A stretch of 32,000 nt of DNA. Origin: Synechococcus elongatus PCC 6301 (GTDB lineage Bacteria > Cyanobacteriota > Cyanobacteriia > Synechococcales > Synechococcaceae). Within the stretch, counting starts at the first letter, position 1; every line of letters begins with the position of its first letter. Below are positions 21,839 through 29,434 of this stretch, piece by piece. The DNA is taken from assembly GCF_000010065.1 (NCBI RefSeq), contig NC_006576.1:1290001-1322000 (forward strand), read 5' to 3'. A program made the position numbers and the translations under genes. Under the pieces are notes generated by a model. The model had not been told where the DNA came from. It made no database searches and saw only the letters and a list, made by a program, of their open reading frames with translations.

Positions 21839-23743
21839 ATGACGGACTTCCTACTCCAAACGAGTTGGTTTATTCCCTTTTATGGGCTGATCGGGGCTCT
21901 CCTCACCCTGCCTTGGTCGCTCGGTATCGTCCGTCGGACGGGTCCCCGCCCCGCTGCCTACTTCAACTTTTTACTGACGATCGCCGCCCTCATTCACGGC
22001 GGCATTGCTTTTCGTGCCTGCTGGAATCGCGAGCCCCTGGAGCTAGCTTGGCATTGGCTGCAAGCTGCTGATCTCGATCTCACCTTCACCCTCGAGATCT
22101 CCTCTCTCAGCCTAGGAGCCATGGAACTGGTAACCGGGTTGAGCTGTCTGGCGCAACTCTTTGCCCTCGGCTACCTCGAACGCGACTGGTCCCTCGCCCG
22201 CTTCTTTGCCCTGATGGGCTTTTTTGAAGCAGCGATCAGTGGCATTGCTATTAGCGACTCCCTGTTTTTGAGCTATGGCCTCCTAGAGCTGTTGACGCTC
22301 TCCATTTATCTATTAGTTGGGTTCTGGTACGCCCAACCCCTCGTCGTCACTGCCGCCCGCGATGCCTTTCTGACCAAGCGGGTCGGGGATGTGTTTCTGC
22401 TAATGGGCGTTGTTGCCCTATCCAGCTACGGTACTGGTCTGACTTTTTCCGAACTGGAGCGCTGGTCGGAAACGGCTTCTTTGCCTCCTCTGCAAGCCAC
22501 GTTATTAGGATTGGCACTAATTGCCGGCCCGATTGGTAAATGTGCGCAGTTCCCCCTCCACCTCTGGCTGGATGAAGCCATGGAGGGGCCAAACCCAGCC
22601 TCGATCATGCGGAACTCGGTCGTGGTCGCAGCGGGCGCTTACATTCTGATCAAGCTGCAGCCCGTCGTCACGCTGTCGCCCATCGTCTCTAATGTGCTAA
22701 TTGCGATCGGGGTACTGACTGCGATCGGTGGCTCCTTGGTGGCGATCGCCCAGATCGACTTTAAACGTGCCCTCTCCCACTCCACTAGTGCTTTCCTTGG
22801 TCTGGTGTTTATCGCCGTCGGCCAGCAAGCAGTCGATATTGCGCTGCTGTTGCTCTTCTGCCATGCGGTCGCCAAGGCACTGCAATTTATGAGCGTCGGC
22901 TCAATCATCGCCACCACCAGCAACCAAGATATGCGGGAAATGGGCGGCCTCTGGTCGCGGATGCCGGCCACCACGATCGCCTTTGTGGTCGGATCACTGG
23001 GACTAGTTGCCTGCCTACCCCTCGGAAACTTTTGGACCTTCCGACGCTGGGTCAATGGCTTCTGGGAAGCCCCTGTCTGGCTGCCGCTGCTGCTGATCTT
23101 CGTCAACCTGCTCAGCGCCATCAACTTTGCCCGAATTTTTAACTGGGTTTTCCTTGGTCAACCCCACGCCAAAACCCGGCGGGCTCCCGAAGTGCCCTGG
23201 CCGATGGCAGTGCCGATCGTCTCCTTGGTGATTGTGGTACTCAGTCTGCCGCTGTTCCTCCAGCAATGGCAGCTGTTAGTCACTTGGGCTGCACCGCTCC
23301 TCGCTGATGGCAGCTGGCTCAATCACTACGCCATGCCTTTAATTGCAGCCAGCGGTGGGATTGGCTTCTGGCTTGGCTTTCAAATTCCCTGTCCCCCTGT
23401 GGGCGACATTCGCGGCAAACTCAATCCGGTGCAAGACCTTCTGGCCTACGACTTCTACATCGATCGCATCTATCGCCTGACGGTTGTCGCCCTCGTCAGT
23501 CTGGGTTCCCGCACAGTCTCTTGGATCGATCGCTACATCGTCGATGGTCTGGTTAACGCCGTCGGCTTTGTCGCCCTGATCAGCGGCCAGAGCCTACGCT
23601 ACAGTGCCTCGGGCCAATCTCAGTTCTACGTAATCACCATCCTGATTGGCGTTGCAACCTTGCTAGCCCTGACCTTCGGACTGGGGGATCTCTGGCAGGA
23701 AATCCTCACGCTGCTCCATTCCAGCCCTACCCCTGCGCTCTAG
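21839..23743 (+). CDS. ndhF4: NAD(P)H dehydrogenase-like subunit NdhF (CO2-uptake type, probably NdhF4)
   Basis: NuoL/NdhF features: IAGPIGKCAQFPLHLWLDEAMEGPNPASIMRNSVVVAAGAYILIKLQPV, SHSTSAFLGLVFIAVGQQ. Start at internal ATG 21839 (MTDFLLQTSW). Directly followed by a CupB/ChpX-type gene. Confidence 0.85.
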   Translation: MTDFLLQTSWFIPFYGLIGALLTLPWSLGIVRRTGPRPAAYFNFLLTIAALIHGGIAFRACWNREPLELAWHWLQAADLDLTFTLEISSLSLGAMELVTGLSCLAQLFALGYLERDWSLARFFALMGFFEAAISGIAISDSLFLSYGLLELLTLSIYLLVGFWYAQPLVVTAARDAFLTKRVGDVFLLMGVVALSSYGTGLTFSELERWSETASLPPLQATLLGLALIAGPIGKCAQFPLHLWLDEAMEGPNPASIMRNSVVVAAGAYILIKLQPVVTLSPIVSNVLIAIGVLTAIGGSLVAIAQIDFKRALSHSTSAFLGLVFIAVGQQAVDIALLLLFCHAVAKALQFMSVGSIIATTSNQDMREMGGLWSRMPATTIAFVVGSLGLVACLPLGNFWTFRRWVNGFWEAPVWLPLLLIFVNLLSAINFARIFNWVFLGQPHAKTRRAPEVPWPMAVPIVSLVIVVLSLPLFLQQWQLLVTWAAPLLADGSWLNHYAMPLIAASGGIGFWLGFQIPCPPVGDIRGKLNPVQDLLAYDFYIDRIYRLTVVALVSLGSRTVSWIDRYIVDGLVNAVGFVALISGQSLRYSASGQSQFYVITILIGVATLLALTFGLGDLWQEILTLLHSSPTPAL

Positions 23744-23773
23744 TTCACCCCTGACCCGCGAGGAGACATTGGC

Positions 23774-24913
23774 ATGTCTGCAACCACTGCTCGGCCTTTA
23801 CCACCCAACCCCGCCAATGCCGTTTTGGAGCGTTTAGAGGCCGGCGGAGCGCTACTGCTCGATACGCCCGACAACCTGCTGGAGGTGGTGCACATCCTCG
23901 ACAGTTACGGGGTGGTGCTGGATGCCTACTCTCGTAATCTCTGCTACATCGCCGAGAACGAATTTTTAGTGCTGTTCCCGTTCTTCAAGTACTTCAACGG
24001 GCAGGTGACTCCGGCTAAACTCTGGCAGCACTGGGTCCACGATCGCATCAATTTTGAGTACGCCGAATACTGCATGAAAGCCATGTTCTGGCACGGCGGT
24101 GGCGGATTAGATACCTTTCTCGATGGTCCAGAATTTCGGGAACTGGCCGATCGCGCCATTCGGGCACGCTGGCGATCGAATCCTGTGATGCTGGGACTGC
24201 ATCAACTCTTTCCAGACTTTTGGCCGGAATTAATTCGCCAATCGGCCTACTACAGCGCCTTGGGTCAGTTCTGGCGGGTGATGAGCGATATGTTCGCCAG
24301 CCTTGCCGCTCGCTACGCAGCTGGTGAAATCCGCAAAGTTCCCGATGTGGCAACCCATGTTCGCGACGGGTTGGTGGCAGCGGCGGCGATCCCGATTACT
24401 TATAGCGTCGAGATTGACGGCGATCGCTACGACATTCTGCCAGCCTCTGCAGGTTTGACCTTCTTGGCAGACACTGCCATTCCCTACGTCGAAGCCGTCT
24501 TCTTCCGGGGAACACCCTTCCCTGGCACAGTGTCCTATAACGCCCAAGCTCATCAAATCCCTGACGAGCAAAATCAATTTGCCTACGGCGCGCTGTTTGC
24601 CGATCCTTTGCCAATCGGTGGGGCGGGGATTCCTCCAACGCAGTTGATGCAGGACATGGTGCATTATTTGCCGCCAGAACTGCAGGAGTTTTATGCCCAT
24701 CGCACACGAGGTAGTCGCGATGTGCGCGTCAAGATTTGCGAGAGCTTCCAAAAGTCGATGTTCTGTGTGACGACGGGTGCCCTGATGGGGCTAGCTCCCC
24801 ATCCATTGACCACCCAAGTGCCGGAGCAACAGCTTGCCAATCGTCAGTTCCTCCAGCCTTGGCTCGATCGCATTAGTACTACCCGGCTCAGTCGCGTCAA
24901 CGCCCTTTGCTAA
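23774..24913 (+). CDS. cupB: CO2 hydration protein, CupB/ChpX-type
   Basis: 379 aa; LLLDTPDNLLEVVHILDSYGVVLDAYSRNLCYIAENEFLVLFPFFKYFNG...CMKAMFWHGGGGLDTFLDGPEF; adjacent to ndhF. The CupA versus CupB assignment is inferred from context. Confidence 0.85.
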   Translation: MSATTARPLPPNPANAVLERLEAGGALLLDTPDNLLEVVHILDSYGVVLDAYSRNLCYIAENEFLVLFPFFKYFNGQVTPAKLWQHWVHDRINFEYAEYCMKAMFWHGGGGLDTFLDGPEFRELADRAIRARWRSNPVMLGLHQLFPDFWPELIRQSAYYSALGQFWRVMSDMFASLAARYAAGEIRKVPDVATHVRDGLVAAAAIPITYSVEIDGDRYDILPASAGLTFLADTAIPYVEAVFFRGTPFPGTVSYNAQAHQIPDEQNQFAYGALFADPLPIGGAGIPPTQLMQDMVHYLPPELQEFYAHRTRGSRDVRVKICESFQKSMFCVTTGALMGLAPHPLTTQVPEQQLANRQFLQPWLDRISTTRLSRVNALC

Positions 24914-24945
24914 CGCTCAATTCGCCCTTTGGCGAGGAGGCGCCC

Positions 24946-26172
24946 ATGCTGTTTGCAGCGATCGCGGTTCCGATTCAAGCTCCCCTGCCTGCCATGGCGC
25001 TGTTGTTGATGACAGCGCTCTTTTTGCCACCCTTGTTTCGCGCCCTGAAGCTGCCCGAACTACTGGGGCTGATTTTGGCTGGTGTCTTACTGGGACCCAG
25101 CCTGTTCAACATTCTGGAGCCCAAGGCGGATACAGTCGTACTGCTCGCCGGCATTGGCAAGCTCTATCTGATGTTTCTGGCCGGGCTGGAGATCGATCTC
25201 AGCCAGTTCCAAGCGGCTCGCGATCGCTCGCTGCGCTTTGGCTTCGCCACCTTCGCCATTCCGCTGTTAGTGGGCCTGCTGATCGGGTTGGGCTTTGGCT
25301 TTGGCTGGAATAGTGCCTTTTTGATTGGCTCGCTGCTGGCCTCCCATACCCTGTTGACGTTACCGATCGTGGAGCACTACGGACTGCTGCGCCAGCGAGC
25401 TGTAGCGGCAACCCTCGGGGCCACCATCTTCACGGATATTGGGGCGCTGCTGGTGCTGGCAGTTTGCTTAGCAGTGCAATCGGGGGATGGCGGTCTGATC
25501 GCGATCGTGCGAGACCTACTGATTTTTTCCGTATTCATCACCTTGGTACTCTACGGCGTGAAGCCGCTGAGTCGCTGGTTTTTCCGCCTGGCTCACAACA
25601 ACGAGCGCAACCAGTTTCTGTTCATCTTCCTGGTGTTGCTCTTGGTTTCCTTGGGTGCTCAAGCCATTCAGCTCGACATGATCATTGGGGCTTTCTTGGC
25701 AGGGCTGGCCGTGAACGAAACCCTGCAGGATGAACCCGTGCGAGAGAAAGTCGACTTCTTTGGCAAGGTGATGTTCCTGCCCTGCTTCTTCATTGACATT
25801 GGATTGCTGCTTAACCCCGCAGCCTTCTGGGAAACCCTGACCACTGCGGGCAGCCTCACCTTTGCGATCGTGGGTGGCCTGTTTGGCAGCAAGTTCCTCG
25901 CTGCAATCGCAGTCAAACAATGGGAGGGCTACAGCTGGCCCGAAGTACGCCTGATGTGGTCACTGTCTCTCCCTCAAGTGGCAGCAACCTTAGCGGCAGC
26001 TCAGGCCGGCTTGCAAGCACAACTCCTTTCACCCGCTGTCTTCGATAGCATCATTGCCTTGGTACTCATTACGGTACTGGTAGGACCATTACTCACTGAT
26101 CGCTTTGCCCAGCAGATCTGCAGTGTGCCCAAACGAGAAGGCCGGTCAGCACCCGTACCTTCCCTCGATTAA
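24946..26172 (+). CDS. Kef/CPA2-type monovalent cation:proton antiporter
   Basis: LKLPELLGLILAGVLLGPSLFNILEPKADTVVLLAGIGKLYLMFLAGLEIDL...SLPQVAATLAAAQAG; ATG 24946 preceded by GAGGAGG. Confidence 0.9.
   Translation: MLFAAIAVPIQAPLPAMALLLMTALFLPPLFRALKLPELLGLILAGVLLGPSLFNILEPKADTVVLLAGIGKLYLMFLAGLEIDLSQFQAARDRSLRFGFATFAIPLLVGLLIGLGFGFGWNSAFLIGSLLASHTLLTLPIVEHYGLLRQRAVAATLGATIFTDIGALLVLAVCLAVQSGDGGLIAIVRDLLIFSVFITLVLYGVKPLSRWFFRLAHNNERNQFLFIFLVLLLVSLGAQAIQLDMIIGAFLAGLAVNETLQDEPVREKVDFFGKVMFLPCFFIDIGLLLNPAAFWETLTTAGSLTFAIVGGLFGSKFLAAIAVKQWEGYSWPEVRLMWSLSLPQVAATLAAAQAGLQAQLLSPAVFDSIIALVLITVLVGPLLTDRFAQQICSVPKREGRSAPVPSLD
26128..26170 (+). repeat. 43-bp direct repeat, copy A (inside the 3' end of the antiporter gene)
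   Basis: CCCAAACGAGAAGGCCGGTCAGCACCCGTACCTTCCCTCGATT; 40/43 identical to 27330-27372. Confidence 0.95.
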
Positions 26173-26549
26173 GTGTGAACTTGTGCTGTCTTAGCCCTCT
26201 CAAGGCGTGCCACTGATGCACAAGAGGGCAAGCAAGTCAGGCTGGAGTGGGCCAACAGCCTCAAACTTAATGACCTGACAACCATCTCCTGTAAGCAAAG
26301 GCAAAACTATGACAAAACGCTGTCACTTCACTGCAGCGCTCGACCCTTACCCGAGGCAGACGGGGATTGAATCAGGAGGTATGGCTCACCCTGCTTTGGG
26401 TGGAGGTCTCGCATGGGTTGAACCACTGGGACAATCTGAAGGCACAGCCTAACTGTCTTTAGGAATCATTCTGAGACTGCAAACGCTATTTCCCCTACTG
26501 AATAGGGATTGGGAGCAATTGGGCACGAACAACGGTGCGTCATGCGAGG

Positions 26550-26840
26550 TTATGGACTGAGCCGACCTTTCCAAGCCTCTGGATCGCGACGACAGCTTAT
26601 GACTGCTGCGATGATGATGCGATCGGAATCTACGCGGTAGAAGATCGCGTAGGAGAACTTGGAAGTCAGGTAGCGTCGAATCTGCCCCTCAACGACTGGC
26701 CAACGCTGCGGCGCTGCAAGAATTTGGAAGATAGCTTTCTCGATTGTGTCAATAAAGCTTTGGTGCTGATTGCTCTGACTAAAAAACTGCACCGCTTCCG
26801 CATACTCTTGCAGAGCTGTTGGATGAAACTCGTACCTCAC
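26550..26840 (-). CDS. RelE/ParE-family toxin
   Basis: 96 aa MRYEFHPTALQEYAEAVQFFSQSNQHQSFIDTIEKAIFQILAAPQRWPVVEGQIRRYLTSKFSYAIFYRVDSDRIIIAAVISCRRDPEAWKGR; typical ParE/RelE fold motifs. Confidence 0.9.
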   Translation of the reverse strand: MRYEFHPTALQEYAEAVQFFSQSNQHQSFIDTIEKAIFQILAAPQRWPVVEGQIRRYLTSKFSYAIFYRVDSDRIIIAAVISCRRDPEAWKGRLSP

Positions 26841-27067
26841 TGACCAAACATTTGCCGAATTTGCGCTAGGGCTGCATCACCAGGAATAGTTTGCACAGTC
26901 CCATTATCGATTTCAGTAAGACGAGTCTGAGCTTGCTTCACACCCTGGCGCAGAGCGTCATAGTCCATTGCTCCTGTGATGCTTTCGAGAAGCTTATCTA
27001 GCAGGACTGCTTTATCGGCCTCGGGGAGCGCTGTCGCCTCCGAAATTAGCTGCTCTAGGGTCAACAT
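26837..27067 (-). CDS. Addiction-module component-type antitoxin
   Basis: 76 aa MLTLEQLISEATALPEADKAVLLDKLLESITGAMDYDALRQGVKQAQTRLTEIDNGTVQTIPGDAALAQIRQMFGQ; upstream of and overlapping the toxin start by ATGA. Confidence 0.85.
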   Translation of the reverse strand: MLTLEQLISEATALPEADKAVLLDKLLESITGAMDYDALRQGVKQAQTRLTEIDNGTVQTIPGDAALAQIRQMFGQ

Positions 27068-27329
27068 ATCGCTACCCGCGCTAGGGGAGATTATTCATTG
27101 TACTCTGACTCCTAAATAGTGGACGTTTTATTCTTGCTCCTAGACGAGATTTGATTTCACAGACCATCTTGGTGTACATCCCAAACAGTTTTTAGAAATC
27201 GCCAATAAATCTCATTTTCTCCTTTTACTTAACTTCTAAATCTCTATAAATTTTATCGATTTCACTGCTTATTTTGACAACTTAAAGCAAGCAGAATTCT
27301 GACAAGTAAATACCAGCATTATTTGTATT

Positions 27330-27372
27330 CCCAAACGGGAAGGCTGGTCAGCACCCGTACCTTCCCTGGATT
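27330..27372 (+). repeat. 43-bp direct repeat, copy B
   Basis: CCCAAACGGGAAGGCTGGTCAGCACCCGTACCTTCCCTGGATT; 40/43 identical to 26128-26170; also encodes PKREGWSAPVPSLD in one frame. Confidence 0.95.
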
Positions 27373-27401
27373 CAGCGCCAAACGAACTGGTCGCGATCGC
27401 C

Positions 27402-28049
27402 CTAAACCGGCAAATTCAGTACCTGCCGCCATTGCTCCAGGGGCCAATCCCAGTGATCTTCCCAGCGCTGCGCTACCAACAACTCCGCTTTGTCTGCTAG
27501 CTCAATTCCCCGCGCCACTTGTCGCAGGATCGGTGCTGGATCTCGCCCTTCCTTGATGGTTTTGAGCAGACCACCGGCGATCAGCAGCACGGCCAAGGGA
27601 GTTCGATTTTGCCGGAGGTTGAATGCTTGCAAACCGAGTTCACTGGCGGGATCAGTGCCAAAGCCGGTGATCACGTGGGCGATATCATGGGTGACTCGCA
27701 GCCGCTCCACAATGTACTCATCAGCATTGGTTGCCGGTTTCGCGGGCTGAAGGTCATCAGGCGAGAGGTTTTGGCCCAGTAGCAGCGAAGCATAGGCTTG
27801 GCCGAGAGTGCCCGTGGGCAGTTGGTTGAGTGCTTCAAGAGCAGGGCGCGCAGGAGCATAATTCTCCGCAGCGAGCTGGGCAACTGCCGGATGCGACAGC
27901 ATCCAACGCCGGCTCTGAGCAGCAATTTCAGTTTTGTTGAGGGAATCGGCGATCGCAATCACGCGATCGAGGCTTTCGGCACGGGCAGCTTTCAAAAAGC
28001 CCACCAGCGTCCGCAAGTTTTCTAGTCGTTGGCCTAAATTGATCAACAT
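27402..28049 (-). CDS. Coq4-family-like protein
   Basis: 215 aa; YIVERLRVTHDIAHVITGFGTDPASELGLQAF, the HDxxH...D-type motif of the Coq4 family. Confidence 0.75.
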   Translation of the reverse strand: MLINLGQRLENLRTLVGFLKAARAESLDRVIAIADSLNKTEIAAQSRRWMLSHPAVAQLAAENYAPARPALEALNQLPTGTLGQAYASLLLGQNLSPDDLQPAKPATNADEYIVERLRVTHDIAHVITGFGTDPASELGLQAFNLRQNRTPLAVLLIAGGLLKTIKEGRDPAPILRQVARGIELADKAELLVAQRWEDHWDWPLEQWRQVLNLPV

Positions 28050-28184
28050 GGTAAATCCTCTCAGCCGCCCCCACTCTAAGAGCAGAGGTCTGCACCCCCC
28101 AGAGAGTTCCTGCTTGTTTTAAGACAGGCGACTCCAGATCTACTTCTGGTTGATGAGCAACCGTGATTGGAGACGACGGGTGAT

Positions 28185-29273
28185 TCAAGATCGCTGACGC
28201 ACGCCTCGATATTGAACTTGCCGCTGCAGTGCATAGTGCTTAGCAAACCGAGGCAAATCGCCACTGTGGCCGATCACAATCAGGGTGTCACCTGCATGCA
28301 AGAAGAGATCGGAGCCCGGCCGAAGGATCATTTCGCCAGTGGCTCGCCGCAGCGCCACGATAATAAATGCGCCTTTGCCGCTGACTTCGATCGCCCCGAG
28401 ACGATGGCCGATCAAGGGCGATTGGGGAGCGATCGCCAGCTCATCCATTTGGATATCCAGTTCACCGAGCAGTTCGTTCAGAGTTTGGTGACTATCGCTG
28501 CTTTCTAAGAGGTTGAGCGCCGCCGGATGGGTAATTAAGTGCGCCATGCGCAGTGCGCCGATCGTGGCGGGCAGCACCACGCGATCGGCCCCCGCTTGTA
28601 GGAGTTTTTTTTCGGTGGCGGGCAGTTCTCCCCGAGCAATGATCGTCAAATTGGGATTCAAGCCGCGAGCCGTCAGGGTGATGAAGACATTGGCTGCATC
28701 ATCGGGCAGGGCTGTTGCGATCGTTGCCGCTCGTTCTACGCCTGCATCGATCAGGATGGCTTCGTCTGTAGCACTGCCGCGCAAGGCTAAAAATCCTTGT
28801 TCTTCCGCTTGGCGAATTCTTGTTTCATCGGTGTCGATCACAATGACTGGCAGACTGGCCTCAGTCACCTTTCGCGCCAAGGTCTGCCCAATGCGACCAA
28901 AGCCACAAACAATGACATGCCGCTGCAGGGTGCGAATCTCTCGAGTCATCCGTCGTACGCCCAAGGCGCGTCGAATTTCACCTTCGGTTACCAGCTGCGC
29001 CAGTCCACCAATCAGGTACACGGCGGAGGAAGTGCCCGCCAGAATGACAAAGATTGTGAAGATGCGCAGGGCGGGGGTATTGATAGGGCGAACTTCGCCG
29101 TAGCCGACCCCAAAGATCGTGATCACGACCATGTAGATCGCGTCGAGTAAACTCCAGCCCGACAGCCAGTAACCCAAGATGGCGATCGCTTGGGTGGCAA
29201 GGAAAAACAGTCCCCCAATCACCACCTTGCGGAGAGCAGGCGGTAGCGATCGCCGAGGTGAGCCAGCCGTCAT
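28185..29273 (-). CDS. Potassium channel with TrkA-N (RCK) and TrkA-C domains
   Basis: Two TM segments around ITIFGVGYGEVRP (selectivity filter), then HVIVCGFGRIGQTLARKV...VIVIDTDETRI, RCK domain. ORF extends to 29339; Met at 29273 (MTAGSPRRSL) is a plausible alternative start. Confidence 0.9.
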   Translation of the reverse strand: MTAGSPRRSLPPALRKVVIGGLFFLATQAIAILGYWLSGWSLLDAIYMVVITIFGVGYGEVRPINTPALRIFTIFVILAGTSSAVYLIGGLAQLVTEGEIRRALGVRRMTREIRTLQRHVIVCGFGRIGQTLARKVTEASLPVIVIDTDETRIRQAEEQGFLALRGSATDEAILIDAGVERAATIATALPDDAANVFITLTARGLNPNLTIIARGELPATEKKLLQAGADRVVLPATIGALRMAHLITHPAALNLLESSDSHQTLNELLGELDIQMDELAIAPQSPLIGHRLGAIEVSGKGAFIIVALRRATGEMILRPGSDLFLHAGDTLIVIGHSGDLPRFAKHYALQRQVQYRGVRQRS

Positions 29274-29434
29274 GGCATCGGGACGCGATGGATGTTTGTG
29301 TTCTAGTCGGAGTCGGTCAATCGGAACTGTATCCAGCACAGCGATCGTCCCAGGCTGAGCTAAAGCTGGGCTTAAATCTCCTCTCAGGTGCCATTCATCA
29401 CTGGCCTACTAGAGAGAGTCCTGAACTGTTCAGC

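Noticed and set aside
24230-24751. 173-aa minus-strand ORF within cupB
   Set aside because: Antisense shadow of a strongly supported CDS.
26194-26229. GCCCTCT ... AGAGGGC inverted repeat after the antiporter gene, considered as a terminator
   Set aside because: Only a 7-bp stem with a large (22-nt) loop and no T-run; too weak to call.
26128-27372. Interpretation of the TA-bearing segment as a classical transposon
   Set aside because: No transposase and no terminal inverted repeats at the segment ends, and 43 bp is long for a typical target-site duplication; kept only as a possible acquisition scar.
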